DNA from: Candidatus Saccharicenans sp.
GTDB taxonomy: Bacteria; Acidobacteriota; Aminicenantia; Aminicenantales; Saccharicenantaceae
Reading direction: 5' to 3'
Assembly (NCBI GenBank): GCA_024653215.1
Contig: JANLFU010000007.1
Coordinates: forward strand, 26,848-90,847
Length of the DNA stretch: 64,000 bases
This document shows positions 20,196 to 31,495 of the stretch, piece after piece. Position numbers and translations under genes: made by a program. A model generated the notes under the pieces. That model made no database searches. It worked only from the letters and a program-made list of their open reading frames with translations, and was not told where the DNA came from. Position 1 is the stretch's first letter. Each line of letters starts with the position of its first letter.

Positions 20196-22253
20196 TCAGT
20201 CCACTATCAACCTGTTCTCCAGGGCAGCGGCCACCCCGGCCAGCAATTGTTCAGAGTTCTTACCCGAAGCCAGCACCACCAACAGGTCTGCCCCGTTCAG
20301 GATGGCCAGGGCTGACTTTTCCGCCGAAACCAGGGCCGGCCGCTTCCTTCCCCATACCCTGAGTTGAATCTGCCTTCCGGCACTTACCTCTTTTTTCAGC
20401 CTGTCCAACAGGTACTTTTCCAGGTTTTCGGCCGGGAACCAGCCTTCCTGGAACAGCCGTACCGCCTGGCCGTCAGGTCCCTTCAGGGCCAGAAGCGTTC
20501 TGTCGGGCCAGACGCCGTCCAGTTCGGCGAAAGTAAAACCATCCGGAGCCCTGAGCCCGAGCTGCAACCCCGGGTTCCAGTAGCGATTATCCCTCACCTC
20601 GTACAGTCGTTGGTTTTGAACAACCTTAAATGTCCGTCCCTTCAGGCTGAATTCCATCACTTCGACCGTCACGTAACCGAAAAACTTCTGGGCGGCCACC
20701 AGGCTTCCACCCGGGCCTTCGGCCAGGCTGCTCCTGGCAATAGCTATCCGGGCCGGGTCGGCGGCCCCGGGTGAAGGCAGGGCCGCATCCAGCGGAACCC
20801 ATCTTCCCTCCAGCCAGCCTTCAACCCAGGCATGTCCGCCCCAGATTCCGTTGGCATAGACCACCCCCATTAAATAACGCGACGGGATGCCGGCAGCCCG
20901 GAGCAGGGCGGCCAGCAAAGCCGCATAACCGGCGCAGGTGGCCTTCTTGGATTTCATGACCTCGGAAGCCGGGGCAAAAACAAATCCGGCGTCAAAGGCC
21001 AGGTTCCTGGAAACCCAGTCCCTGAGCTTCAGGGCTTTCTGAAACACATTCTTTTCCCGGCCAGCCACCTCTTTGGCAATTCTTTTTATCTCCGGGTCGT
21101 TGATGTCTATGTAAGTGTTGGCTTCAAGGTATGGCTTTTTCTCTTCAGCAGAAAGCTGCCCATCGGGAGACGACCGGAGCGGCACCCGGTCCAGTTCTAA
21201 GACCTTGACCTCACCGCTATTTTCCAGAATCTTCTGGTATTCACTGGCCAGATCCGGCCAGCCCAGTTCGGGTTGGCTGTGTTTCAGGCGGACGACCACC
21301 CGGTCGAGTCCCCGGGCCTGAGGTAACCGGACATTAGCCCTGATGAGCGATGACTGAAAGAACTGCTCCTGTCCGCGGGAGGCAGCCATGGCTTCCATAA
21401 CCTCCTGCTCGCTGCTTAAACAGGTGACTATATCGCCGAGAGGCGAAGGCTCGACCGCCTTTACCTCGTTCCCTCCCCCATCCAGCCAGACCTGCCTGGT
21501 GGTCTCAATCTGGGAAATCCGGTCGATGACCTTCCTGGCGGTTATCTTATTCCGGCCGCAGTCCACCACCTCCTCCCCCGATAGGGTCCTTTCTCCAGAA
21601 ATTACCTGGGCCAGTTCCGCCAGAATCGTTCGATATTCAACCTTATCGCCCGGCTTTTTCAATTTCTCGACGGTCAACCGCCCGATGCCCACCGGGCCCA
21701 GCAGCCGACCGCTCGAAGGAATCTCCCGGCTGAACACCTGGTTTCCGGTTATGTTCTTAATCTTGACCCTGTCTTCTTCCACCTCGATTTCGGTCCTGAT
21801 CCGGGAGCCGGCCAGGAGCTGCTCGGCCGTAATCTTCTTCAACAGTCCATCATCTGTTTCCAGGTGTTCATAACTGACATTCATTTCCACTTTCTGTCCC
21901 AGGCGCCTGAGGACGATTTTAGACTCGGTTGCCGATTTCCAGTACCAGCGACCGGCCTGCTGAACCCTGGAACCGGTCTCCTTGACATAGCCCACCGTTT
22001 CCTCTCCCAGCCTGATGCTGTACCAGCGCGTTTCCCCTTCATCTGAGGCGCCCTGAACTGAACGGGCCAAAACCGCCGGGTTCCAGGCCAGGATGACCAG
22101 CCACAGAATTATGGCCAGCCGGGCCAGGCCCGGGTTTCCACCTAAGCCTTTTTTTCGTTTAATTATTTTTTGCTTCATGTTTTTGCTGCCTTTCGGTTTC
22201 TGAAACCTCTTCTTTCTGCCTTTGCCACTTTCATCACTTCTCCAAAAACCCAT
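20196..22253 (-). CDS. secreted transglutaminase-like domain protein
   Basis: ATCAGYAAL, GGHAWVE, WVPLDAA triad; signal peptide; true start probably ATG 22178. Confidence 0.85.
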   Translation of the reverse strand: MGFWRSDESGKGRKKRFQKPKGSKNMKQKIIKRKKGLGGNPGLARLAIILWLVILAWNPAVLARSVQGASDEGETRWYSIRLGEETVGYVKETGSRVQQAGRWYWKSATESKIVLRRLGQKVEMNVSYEHLETDDGLLKKITAEQLLAGSRIRTEIEVEEDRVKIKNITGNQVFSREIPSSGRLLGPVGIGRLTVEKLKKPGDKVEYRTILAELAQVISGERTLSGEEVVDCGRNKITARKVIDRISQIETTRQVWLDGGGNEVKAVEPSPLGDIVTCLSSEQEVMEAMAASRGQEQFFQSSLIRANVRLPQARGLDRVVVRLKHSQPELGWPDLASEYQKILENSGEVKVLELDRVPLRSSPDGQLSAEEKKPYLEANTYIDINDPEIKRIAKEVAGREKNVFQKALKLRDWVSRNLAFDAGFVFAPASEVMKSKKATCAGYAALLAALLRAAGIPSRYLMGVVYANGIWGGHAWVEGWLEGRWVPLDAALPSPGAADPARIAIARSSLAEGPGGSLVAAQKFFGYVTVEVMEFSLKGRTFKVVQNQRLYEVRDNRYWNPGLQLGLRAPDGFTFAELDGVWPDRTLLALKGPDGQAVRLFQEGWFPAENLEKYLLDRLKKEVSAGRQIQLRVWGRKRPALVSAEKSALAILNGADLLVVLASGKNSEQLLAGVAAALENRLIVD

Positions 22254-22359
22254 TTTAACTTAAGTCGCCCAAAAAACTTAAAAAAATGTCCCCAAATCTA
22301 TTGCCCCCTGCCGGCCTCTGTGCTATAAGCAAGAAAAACAAAGATGGCCGAGTGGTGAG

Positions 22360-23751
22360 GTGAAAGGTCTTCTGATCGTATTTTACGTCATCGTTCAAAT
22401 CTTCATCGGCGTCTACCTTTCCAGGAAAATAAAAAACGAGGCTGATTATTTTGTCGGCGGACGCCGGGTCTCGTTCTTCCTGGTTTCCTTTTCCCTTTTC
22501 GCCACCTGGTTCGGGGCGGAAACCTGCCTCGGTTCCTCGGGGGCCGTTTACGAGATCGGCCTTTCCGGCAGCCGTGCTGACCCCTTCGGTTTCAGCCTCT
22601 GCCTTTTCCTGATGGGCTTTTTCCTGGCCGGCCAGCTACGGAAAAGAAATTACCTGACCCTGGCCGACTTCATCAGGGACCGCTATGGCCGGGTGGCAGA
22701 GAAACTGGTGGTCTGGGTGATGATTCCCTCTTCCATCATCTGGGGAGCGGCCCAGCTCCGGGCCTTCGGGCAGATCCTCTCGGTCTCAACCGCCCTGCCC
22801 CTGGACCTGATGATCTGCTTCTCGGCAATACTGGTAATCACCTACACGGTTCTGGGGGGATTGCTGGGTGACATCTACACCGACCTCATCCAGGGATTGA
22901 TCGTGGTGGGTAGCCTGATAACTCTGGCCATAGTTGTCCTGACCAGGGTTCCCGACCTGCCGGCCATTTTCCGGCAGATGCCGGCCGACCGCTGGCAGAT
23001 CCTGGGTGTGGGAGAATCCATCTGGGAAAGGCTTGACCGCTGGGCGGTGCCGGTGCTGGGTTCCCTGGTGGTCCAGGAGGCCATCTCCAGGTTCCTGGCA
23101 GCCAGGAATCCCAGGGAAGCAGTCCGGGCCTGTCATACGGCCGGCGGCATCTATTTCTTTACCGGTCTTATTCCACTCTTCCTGGGTTTCATCGGGCCCT
23201 GGTTGCTGCCCGGGCTGACCGACCGGGAACAATTCCTGGTGGTGCTTTCCCACCAGTACCTGCCGGGAATTTTGTCCGTCATCTTCCTGGGGGCGATGAT
23301 CTCGGCCATCCTGTCAACGGTCGATAGTATCCTCCTGGCCTGTGCCGCCCTGTTTTCCCACAATTTTCTTCTGCCCATTCTCGGAATAAAAAAAGAGAAA
23401 ACCAAGGTCCTGGTCGGCCGGACAACCGTGGTGATAACCGGCCTGATCGCCCTGGCCATCGCCCTCGGCGGGAACCGGATTTATGACCTGGTGCTGCTGG
23501 CCGCGGCTTTCGGCACGTCCGGGGTGCTGGTCATTACCATGTTCGGGTTGTATTCCAGATTCAACAGTGAGCAGGCCGCCCTGGTCACCCTGGTCGGGGG
23601 GCTGGTGTTGACCCCGATCTTTCAGCTGGTGCTGAAATTCAGGGCACCGTTCTTGCTTTCTGTTACCAGCTGCCTGCTCCTTTTCGTGCTGTCTTCTTAC
23701 CTGTTCCGGAAGGCTTCCGCTGAGGTCAGGTTCGCTCAGGAAAACCGGTAG
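22360..23751 (+). CDS. sodium:solute symporter (SSS) family protein
   Basis: DYFVGGR, SLFATWFGAE, YTVLGG..YTD.IQ, SAILSTVDS; TTGCCC-N17-TATAAG promoter at 22301-22329. Confidence 0.92.
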   Translation: MKGLLIVFYVIVQIFIGVYLSRKIKNEADYFVGGRRVSFFLVSFSLFATWFGAETCLGSSGAVYEIGLSGSRADPFGFSLCLFLMGFFLAGQLRKRNYLTLADFIRDRYGRVAEKLVVWVMIPSSIIWGAAQLRAFGQILSVSTALPLDLMICFSAILVITYTVLGGLLGDIYTDLIQGLIVVGSLITLAIVVLTRVPDLPAIFRQMPADRWQILGVGESIWERLDRWAVPVLGSLVVQEAISRFLAARNPREAVRACHTAGGIYFFTGLIPLFLGFIGPWLLPGLTDREQFLVVLSHQYLPGILSVIFLGAMISAILSTVDSILLACAALFSHNFLLPILGIKKEKTKVLVGRTTVVITGLIALAIALGGNRIYDLVLLAAAFGTSGVLVITMFGLYSRFNSEQAALVTLVGGLVLTPIFQLVLKFRAPFLLSVTSCLLLFVLSSYLFRKASAEVRFAQENR

Positions 23752-23764
23752 CCACCGGGCCGAA

Positions 23765-24769
23765 TCAAAAAACCAGCAGCGACAGGCGGTAGAGGGCGGC
23801 CGCAATCAGGGCCGACATGGGAATGGTAAAAATCCAGGCCCAGACAATCCGCAGGGTCACCTGCCACTTGACGGAAGAGATGCTCCTGGCCGCCCCCACC
23901 CCGGTCACCGCCCCGGTTATGACGTGGGTGGTGGAAACCGGAATGCCCAGATGGGTGGCCATGAAAATGCTGACGGCACTGGCCGTTTCGGCACAGAAAC
24001 CGTCGATCGGCCTGAGGCGGACGATTTTCTGGCCCATGGTCTTCACGATTCTCCAGCCGCCGCTTAAAGTCCCGAGGGCGATAGCGGTGTGAGCCGAAAG
24101 CACAATCCACAGCGGGATATGGAAGGTCTTCATGTGACCCGAGGTGAACACCAGGCTGGCGATGATGCCCATGGTCTTCTGGGCGTCATTCCCACCGTGC
24201 CCCAGGCTATAAAGAGCCGCCGACAGCAACTGCAGCCTCCGGGACCAGAGGTTTATGGTCCGAAGCGGTCTTTTTCTCATCAGCCAGGTGGTCAGGATCA
24301 TCAGCAGGTTTCCCAGGACCAGGCCCAGCAGCGGGGCGATAAAAATAAAGGAAACGACTTTTATCCAGCCCTTGACGATTATTATCTCGAACCCGGCCTT
24401 GGCCACCGCCGCGCCCAGGTAGCCCCCGATCAGGGCATGGGAAGAGCTGGAAGGCAGGCCCCAGTACCAGGTTATCAGGTTCCAGGAAATGGCCCCCAGC
24501 AGGCCACAGAAGATGACCATGGGGGTCACCACGTTGATGTCTATCAGGCCAACCCCGATGGTCTCGGCCACGTGGGTCCCGAAAATCAGAAAGGCAATGA
24601 AGTTAAAAAAAGCGGCCCAGACCACGGCCTGGCGGGGACTCAGGACGCGGGTGGAAACGACAGTGGCCACCGAGTTGGCCGCGTCGTGCATCCCGTTGGT
24701 AAAATCAAAGGTAAGGGCGATGGCGATGATCAGGATGATGAAGGAAAAACTCCAGCTGGCCGGTTCCAT
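23765..24769 (-). CDS. pit: inorganic phosphate transporter, PiT family
   Basis: NGMHDAANSVAT, GLPSSSSH, HGGNDAQK, PVSTTH. Confidence 0.95.
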   Translation of the reverse strand: MEPASWSFSFIILIIAIALTFDFTNGMHDAANSVATVVSTRVLSPRQAVVWAAFFNFIAFLIFGTHVAETIGVGLIDINVVTPMVIFCGLLGAISWNLITWYWGLPSSSSHALIGGYLGAAVAKAGFEIIIVKGWIKVVSFIFIAPLLGLVLGNLLMILTTWLMRKRPLRTINLWSRRLQLLSAALYSLGHGGNDAQKTMGIIASLVFTSGHMKTFHIPLWIVLSAHTAIALGTLSGGWRIVKTMGQKIVRLRPIDGFCAETASAVSIFMATHLGIPVSTTHVITGAVTGVGAARSISSVKWQVTLRIVWAWIFTIPMSALIAAALYRLSLLVF

Positions 24770-24771
24770 CT

Positions 24772-25398
24772 TCAGCTGCTTTTAACCACGATGCCTTCAA
24801 CCGTGTTCGATACCCGCTGGTAGACATCCATGATGGTTTCCAGGGTGAACAGGATATCCTTCCACTTGATGATGTTTACCGGGTCTTTTTCCTCGGTGAA
24901 CAGTTGCTGAAGCGAGCGGGCATAGACCAGGTCACCCTTGTCCTCCAGCTCGTGAATGCTGCGGATCAGCTCGCCGATGTAGGGGGTGTACTTCTGCGAT
25001 TTGAAAACCTCGGCCACCAGCAGGTTGAGCTTCTCGGTGGCTTCCCGGGCAAAGCGGGCGAAATCGTCAACGAAATACTTCTTGTCTTTCAGGTTGTAAA
25101 GGTAGATGTTATGGATGGCGTTTTCCACCAGGTCGATGATATCGTCTATCTCGTGCACCAGCTGGTAAATATCTTCCCGGTCGAAGGGTGTGATGAAACA
25201 CTGGTTGAGCAGCTTGATGACCCCATGGGCAATCTGGTCGGCTTTGTGTTCGATTTGCTTGGCTCTTTCCCAGTACTGGGCGGAAGAATTAAAGTTGCTG
25301 GAAAAATCGCAGAAAACCTGGGTGATTTCCGTCAGGCAGACCGAAAGATCGCTGAAATGCTGGGCGAAGGCCGGTTCCTTGGGCAAGAAGAATTTCAT
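24772..25398 (-). CDS. DUF47 (PhoU-like) Pit accessory protein
   Basis: IEHKAD, FITPFDREDI, DDIID, LEDKGD; directly upstream of pit. Confidence 0.92.
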   Translation of the reverse strand: MKFFLPKEPAFAQHFSDLSVCLTEITQVFCDFSSNFNSSAQYWERAKQIEHKADQIAHGVIKLLNQCFITPFDREDIYQLVHEIDDIIDLVENAIHNIYLYNLKDKKYFVDDFARFAREATEKLNLLVAEVFKSQKYTPYIGELIRSIHELEDKGDLVYARSLQQLFTEEKDPVNIIKWKDILFTLETIMDVYQRVSNTVEGIVVKSS

Positions 25399-25487
25399 GA
25401 TTATGACTCGAATACAAAATTAGGCATTAATCTATCTTAATTCCCCGCAAATTTCAACCCCGCCGGAAAGATTTCGGGGGAAGAAGA

Positions 25488-25516
25488 TTGACCAGTCAGG
25501 GCTGGTATGTTATAAG
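25488..25516 (+). promoter_or_regulatory. sigma70-type promoter candidate
   Basis: TTGACC-N17-TATAAG with extended TGn, upstream of the permease at 25546. Confidence 0.55.
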
Positions 25517-25545
25517 GAGTTCTTATTTTCTGCTGGAGGAATTTA

Positions 25546-26961
25546 ATGTCCGGGTCGTTATTCAGAACCAAGCCCATCCAGGAACTGCTGGCTGAAACCA
25601 CCGAAGCCGGTCATACCCTGAAAAAAGCCCTCGGGGCCTGGGACCTGGTGGCCATTGGCATAGGCTGCATCATCGGGGTGGGAATCTTCGTCCTGCCCGG
25701 AGTCCAGGCCGCCCACCATTCCGGCCCGGGCATCATCCTGTCCTTTGCCATCGCCGCCCTGGCCTGTGCCTGCTCTGCCCTCTGCTATGCCGAGCTGGCG
25801 GCCATGATCCCGGTTTCCGGTTCGGCTTATACTTACGGTTACGCCACCCTGGGCGAACTGCCGGGCTGGATCATCGGCTGGGACCTGATCCTGGAATACA
25901 TGGTGGCCGCGGTCCTGGTCAGCACCGGCTGGTCCGCTTATTTTGTTAACCTGCTGAATAATCTCGGGCTAAAACTCCCCCAGCAATGGGTAGCCTCTCC
26001 CTGGGACAAGGCACCGGGCATCATCAATATCCCGGCCATGCTCATAGTGGTCCTGCTCACGTTGTTGCTGATCAGGGGTGTTAAGGAAAGCTCCCGGACC
26101 AACATGATCATCGTCATTGTTAAAATCGCCGTTATCCTGTTCTTCATCATCATGGCTGCCCCCCATGTCAACCCCGAGAACTGGAAGCCCTTCATGCCCT
26201 TCGGCTTCAGCGGGGTCATGACCTCGGCGGCCATCGTCTTCCTGGCCTTCGTCGGTTTTGACGCCGTGTCCACCGTGGCCGAGGAAACGGTCAATCCCCA
26301 GAAAGACATGCCCATCGGAATCATGGGCTCGCTGCTGGTGGCCACCATACTCTACATGGCCGTATCGGCCATCATGACTGGGGTCGTCTATTACACCAAG
26401 CTGGGCGTGGCCGACCCGGTGGCCCTGGTTCTGAACGAACTGAATAAGCCCTGGGCTTCAATGATAATCAGCATCGGCGCGCTGGCCGGGATAACTTCCG
26501 TTCTCCTGGTTCTGCTCATGGGACAGCCCAGGATCTTCTTCTCCATGAGCCGCGACGGCCTTCTGCCCGAAGCCTTCTCCCGGGTCCATCACAAGTATAA
26601 AACCCCGGTGGCCACCACCCTGGTCACGGGCGGTATCGTGGCCGTGGCTGCCGGCTTGACCCCTATTAATGTCTCCTCCGAGCTGGTTTCCATCGGAACC
26701 CTGTTTGCCTTCATTATCGTCTGCTCCGGAGTGATCCTTCTGCGCTACAAGCGACCCGACTACCGGCGCCCGTTCAAGGTGCCGATGTTCCCCTACCTGC
26801 CGGGACTGGGGGCCCTGCTCTGTGCCTACCTGATGATCAGCCTGCCCCGGACGGCCTGGGAACGGTTCATCATCTGGCTGGCCATCGGACTGAGCATCTT
26901 CTTCCTCTACGGCCGTCGCCACAGCCGCCTGGAGAAAGAGTCCCAAGCCGGGCGCCAGTAA
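25546..26961 (+). CDS. APC family amino acid permease (YfnA/CAT-like)
   Basis: IGCIIGVGIF, CYAELA..IPVSGSAY, FVGFDAV, SRDGLLP, RPFKVP. Confidence 0.94.
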   Translation: MSGSLFRTKPIQELLAETTEAGHTLKKALGAWDLVAIGIGCIIGVGIFVLPGVQAAHHSGPGIILSFAIAALACACSALCYAELAAMIPVSGSAYTYGYATLGELPGWIIGWDLILEYMVAAVLVSTGWSAYFVNLLNNLGLKLPQQWVASPWDKAPGIINIPAMLIVVLLTLLLIRGVKESSRTNMIIVIVKIAVILFFIIMAAPHVNPENWKPFMPFGFSGVMTSAAIVFLAFVGFDAVSTVAEETVNPQKDMPIGIMGSLLVATILYMAVSAIMTGVVYYTKLGVADPVALVLNELNKPWASMIISIGALAGITSVLLVLLMGQPRIFFSMSRDGLLPEAFSRVHHKYKTPVATTLVTGGIVAVAAGLTPINVSSELVSIGTLFAFIIVCSGVILLRYKRPDYRRPFKVPMFPYLPGLGALLCAYLMISLPRTAWERFIIWLAIGLSIFFLYGRRHSRLEKESQAGRQ

Positions 26962-27082
26962 GGCCGGCTCTGGATTTTTTCCTGGCCTGTGGTAAAATAA
27001 GCGGGCAAGTAGCGATAATTTATCTTATTGCTCACCATTTATGGCTTTATAATCCATCGTTTTAAATAGGGTGTTTTTTTAT

Positions 27083-29170
27083 ATGAACGGAACGTTGCAG
27101 AGAATGCGGAACATCGGGATCAGTGCCCACATTGATTCCGGCAAGACCACGCTCACCGAGCGCATACTCTATTACTGCAAAAAAATCCACCGCATCCACG
27201 AGGTCAAGGGCAAGGAAGGTGGCGGGGCCACCATGGACTACATGGAGCTGGAACGGGAGCGCGGCATCACCATCACCTCGGCCACCACCAACGTCACCTG
27301 GAACGAACACTCCATCAACATCATCGATACCCCGGGTCACGTGGACTTCACCATAGAGGTGGAGAGGTCGCTGCGCGTCCTGGACGGGGCCATCCTGGTC
27401 CTGTGCTCGGTTGGTGGGGTCCAGTCCCAGACTCTGACCGTGGACAAGCAGCTCAAGAGATATAACGTTCCGGCCATAGCTTTTGTCAACAAGCTCGACC
27501 GCATCGGGGCCAACCCCTTCAAGGTCAAAGACCAGATAAACGATAAGCTGGGCCGGCGGGCCGCCCTGCTCCAGGTTCCGGTCGGACTGGAAGATAAGTT
27601 CCAGGGACTGGTGGACCTGATCAGGATGAAGGCCTACTACTTTGACGGGCCCAACGGCGAGCTGGTCAGGGAGGAAGAAATCCCGCCCGAGCTGGAAGAC
27701 CTGGCCTGGCAGTACCGGGAAGAACTCCTGGACGCCGTGTCTCTGTTTTCAGACGAGGTTACCGAGGCCATCCTGGAAGACCGGGTAACCGAAGAGATGC
27801 TTCTCCGGGCCATCAGGAAAGGCACCATCAGCCGGGAATTTACCCCGGTGCTGATGGGCTCGGCCTACCGCAACAAGGGCGTTCAGCTCCTGCTCGACGC
27901 CGTGGTCAATTACCTGCCCGACCCGTCGGAAGTGGAAAATATCGCCCTGGACCTCGACCGGGAAGAAAAGCCGGTCATCCTGAAAGCCGACCCCACCCTG
28001 CCCTGCGTCTCCTATGCCTTCAAGCTGGAAGAAGGGCCTTATGGCCAGCTGACCTACATCAGGATTTACCAGGGCAGCCTGAGAAAGGGCGACGAGCTCT
28101 ACAACACCAGGTCCAAGCAGAAGTTCAAGGTGGGACGGGTGGTCAGGATGCATGCCGATCACATGGAAGACATTGAAGGGGCGGTGGCCGGCGATATCGC
28201 TGCCCTGTTCGGAGTGGACTGCGCCTCCGGCGACACCATCTGTTCGCCCGGGCTCAATTACGCCATGACCTCCATCTACGTTCCCGAACCGGTCATTTCC
28301 CTGGCCATAGAAGCCAGCGACAAGCTCTCGGCCGACCGCCTGGCCAAGGCCCTAAACCGCTTCACCAAGGAAGACCCCACCTTCCGGGTCTACATCGACC
28401 CGGAGTCCAAGCAGACCATCATCCAGGGCATGGGAGAACTTCACCTGGATGTCTACGTGGAGAGGATGAAGCGGGAATACCGGGTGGAAGTGGTGACCGG
28501 CCGGCCCCAGGTGGCTTACCGTGAAGCCATCACCGCCCGGGCTGATTTCGATTACACCCACAAGAAGCAAACGGGTGGAGCCGGCCAGTTCGGCCGGGTC
28601 ATCGGTTACATAGAACCCTTCGACGGCCAGTATGAATTCGTCAACGAAGTCAAGGGTGGGCACATACCGCGGGAATTCATCCCCTCCTGCGACAAGGGCT
28701 TCCAGGCCATGCTGAAAAAGGGGCAGCTGATAGGCAGTCCGATTATCGGGCTGAGGGTGGTCCTGACCGACGGTCAGTTCCACCCGGTTGATTCCTCCGA
28801 CATCGCTTTCCAGATGGCCGCCCAGGGCGCTTTCAAGCAGGCCTACAAGAAGGCCAGGCCCCAGATCCTGGAGCCCATCATGAAGGTGGTGGTGGAGACA
28901 CCGTCGGAGTTCTCCGGAAACGTCTTCGGCAGCCTGAACCAGCGCCGGGGCATAATCGTCAGCTCCATCGAGGACGGCAGTTACTCCAGGATAGAAGCCG
29001 AAGTACCGCTCAGCGAAATGTTTGGTTATTCCACCATCCTGCGGTCGATGACCCAGGGCAAGGCCGAGTTCACCATGGAATTCTTAAAATACAGCCGGCT
29101 GCCGGCCTCGCTGGCCGAGCAACTGATGGAAGAGCACCGGCAGAAGCTGGAAGCCGGGGACAGGAAATAG
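27083..29170 (+). CDS. fusA: elongation factor G, paralog outside the str operon
   Basis: [50 protein letters not shown]. Confidence 0.96.
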   Translation: MNGTLQRMRNIGISAHIDSGKTTLTERILYYCKKIHRIHEVKGKEGGGATMDYMELERERGITITSATTNVTWNEHSINIIDTPGHVDFTIEVERSLRVLDGAILVLCSVGGVQSQTLTVDKQLKRYNVPAIAFVNKLDRIGANPFKVKDQINDKLGRRAALLQVPVGLEDKFQGLVDLIRMKAYYFDGPNGELVREEEIPPELEDLAWQYREELLDAVSLFSDEVTEAILEDRVTEEMLLRAIRKGTISREFTPVLMGSAYRNKGVQLLLDAVVNYLPDPSEVENIALDLDREEKPVILKADPTLPCVSYAFKLEEGPYGQLTYIRIYQGSLRKGDELYNTRSKQKFKVGRVVRMHADHMEDIEGAVAGDIAALFGVDCASGDTICSPGLNYAMTSIYVPEPVISLAIEASDKLSADRLAKALNRFTKEDPTFRVYIDPESKQTIIQGMGELHLDVYVERMKREYRVEVVTGRPQVAYREAITARADFDYTHKKQTGGAGQFGRVIGYIEPFDGQYEFVNEVKGGHIPREFIPSCDKGFQAMLKKGQLIGSPIIGLRVVLTDGQFHPVDSSDIAFQMAAQGAFKQAYKKARPQILEPIMKVVVETPSEFSGNVFGSLNQRRGIIVSSIEDGSYSRIEAEVPLSEMFGYSTILRSMTQGKAEFTMEFLKYSRLPASLAEQLMEEHRQKLEAGDRK

Positions 29171-29187
29171 AGGGCACAGGAGAAAAA

Positions 29188-29892
29188 ATGGTCAAAAAAA
29201 TTCTATCCGCCAGGAGCCCGATCAAGACACTGGAAAAAAACCTCAGGGGCGGGTTCGGCCCCGGACACCTGGGAGTCTTCGCCTCGAGAAAAGGCGTGGG
29301 CAAAACCGCCTGCCTGGTGCAGATCGCCCTGGACCGGCTGTTTGAAGACAAGCCGGTTATTCACGTCTCCTATGCCAGCCGGGTCGATTACATAATCAGC
29401 TGGTACGAAGAACTCTTCAGGAAGCTGGCCAGCCGGGAAAACCTGAAGTCGGAGATGGAAGTCCATGACCGGGTGGTGCGGAACCGGGTTATCCTGAATT
29501 TCCGGCAGGAAGGCATGAAGACCGAACAGGTCTTAAAGAGCATGGAAGCCCTGCTCGGGCCCGGCAACTTTGCCGCCCGGACCATCATCGTCGACGGCTT
29601 TAATTTTTACCTGCCCTGTGCCGAAGACCTGGCCCAGTTCAAGAAATTCGCCGTCGACCGGCAGCTCGAGTTCTGGTTCAGCTGTTCGCTCAAGGGCGAG
29701 GACCCGCTCTTTGACGACCAGGGCCTGCCCTTCGTCCTGAAGGATTACCTGTCTTCCCTCGACATAATTATCACCCTGGAACACGACAACGGCCGGGTCA
29801 GGTTGAACCTGGTCAAAGACCACGACCAGATTTCCAGCAAAAAGCTAAGGCTGGAGCTCGACCCCCAGACCCTCCTCCTGACCAGAATCTGA
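29188..29892 (+). CDS. single-domain RecA/KaiC/DnaB-like P-loop ATPase
   Basis: LRGGFGPGHL...GVGKT Walker A, IIVDG Walker B; 17 nt after fusA. Confidence 0.75.
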   Translation: MVKKILSARSPIKTLEKNLRGGFGPGHLGVFASRKGVGKTACLVQIALDRLFEDKPVIHVSYASRVDYIISWYEELFRKLASRENLKSEMEVHDRVVRNRVILNFRQEGMKTEQVLKSMEALLGPGNFAARTIIVDGFNFYLPCAEDLAQFKKFAVDRQLEFWFSCSLKGEDPLFDDQGLPFVLKDYLSSLDIIITLEHDNGRVRLNLVKDHDQISSKKLRLELDPQTLLLTRI

Positions 29893-30170
29893 GTGTCACC
29901 GGCGGCACATTCCTGGACTGCCTCGCCCGGTACATCCATCAGAAATCACCGGTCAGTCATCGCAAATTGGGCAAATTGGAAATCATCAACAGGAACTTAA
30001 GCGCGGCTTCGAAAAAGAAAACCACAGGCCCGCTCTTCCCACCCCGGTTATCTCTCGGTCTTCTTGACCTTTCTCCTTTCCCCGAATATCATAGCCTTGG
30101 CTGATATTCTTTAATTGAAACTTATGACACCGCTGTCGGTCATCATAAATCATCGTCCGGAGGTGGTTAC

Positions 30171-31493
30171 ATGCCAAGGAAACTCTTCCTTTTTATTCTC
30201 GGGATCGTGGTCATGACTGCCGTCCTGCAGGCCTCCTTTACCAAAAAGGATATAAAGGTCCACCAGCTGGCCAACGGCCTCAAGATTATCTTCTTTGAAG
30301 ACCACAAGATTCCCAGCATTTCCTACTATACTTTTTTCAGGGTCGGTTCGCGCAACGAGCGCCCCGGCCTGACCGGCGTCTCTCACTTCATCGAACACAT
30401 GATGTTTAACGGTACCAAGAAGTTCGGGCCGGGCGAGTTCGACCGGGTCATGGAATTTTACGGTGGGGCCAATAACGCCTACACCAGCGATGATATGACC
30501 GCCTACACCGACTGGTTCCCGCCCCATGCCCTGGAAAAGATGGTTGAGATGGAAGCCGACCGGATGCAGGGGCTGATCTTCGACCCCGAGGTCTTTGAAT
30601 CCGAACGGGGGGTGATAGCCTCTGAAAGGCGGATGGGTGTGGAGAACAACAACGAAGCCATCCTCCAGGAAAACGTCCGGGCCACGGCCATCATGGCCCA
30701 TCCCTACCACTGGGATGTCATTGGCTGGATGAGCGACATCCTGAGCTGGCGGCGGGACGAGGTCATCGAGTACTACCGCACCTACTATGCTCCCAACAAC
30801 GCGGTGCTGGTGGTGGTCGGCGACTTTGACAGCCAGAAAACGCTGGAGCTGATCAAGAAATACTATTCGGGCATACCGGCCCAGACCCCGCCACCTCCGG
30901 TTACCACCGAGGAACCTCCCCAGATGGGCCGCAAGGAAGTGGTCATAAAGAAGGAGGCCCAGACTCCGTCCTTCATGGTCGTTTACCATGCCCCCAGGTG
31001 CCAGGACCCGGACTTCTTCGTGCTATCCGTCCTGGAAAAACCACTGCTGAGCGGTGAAAGCAGCCGCCTTTACCGCCGGCTGGTTCGCGACGAGCAACTG
31101 GCCATCTCGGTCTACGGCGGGGTGGAAGAGAAAATCGACCCTTACCTCTTCAGCATCTCGGTCAAGCCGCGGCCGGGAGTGGACCTGGACAGGATTGAAA
31201 AAATCATCGACGAAGAGCTGAATAAGATAATAGAGCAGGGCATTACCGAGCAGGAATACCAGAAAGCCCTGAATATTGTCCGCAGCGATTTTTACTACAG
31301 CCTGCAGACCAACTCCGGCAAGGCCAACCTGCTGGGGGCCAGCGAGCTGCTGTTCGGAAGTTACGAGAATCTTTTTACCATCGTTGACCGCTATTCCCGG
31401 GTAAAACGCGAGGATATTCCCGTCGTGGCCAAAAAATATTTCCATGAACTCAACAAAACCGTGGGCAAGCTTATCCCGCAAGGAGGGAACTGA
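30171..31493 (+). CDS. M16 (pitrilysin) zinc peptidase, catalytic subunit
   Basis: HFIEH inverted zincin, NAYT, distal E in ASERR; signal peptide. Confidence 0.94.
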   Translation: MPRKLFLFILGIVVMTAVLQASFTKKDIKVHQLANGLKIIFFEDHKIPSISYYTFFRVGSRNERPGLTGVSHFIEHMMFNGTKKFGPGEFDRVMEFYGGANNAYTSDDMTAYTDWFPPHALEKMVEMEADRMQGLIFDPEVFESERGVIASERRMGVENNNEAILQENVRATAIMAHPYHWDVIGWMSDILSWRRDEVIEYYRTYYAPNNAVLVVVGDFDSQKTLELIKKYYSGIPAQTPPPPVTTEEPPQMGRKEVVIKKEAQTPSFMVVYHAPRCQDPDFFVLSVLEKPLLSGESSRLYRRLVRDEQLAISVYGGVEEKIDPYLFSISVKPRPGVDLDRIEKIIDEELNKIIEQGITEQEYQKALNIVRSDFYYSLQTNSGKANLLGASELLFGSYENLFTIVDRYSRVKREDIPVVAKKYFHELNKTVGKLIPQGGN

Positions 31494-31495
31494 CC

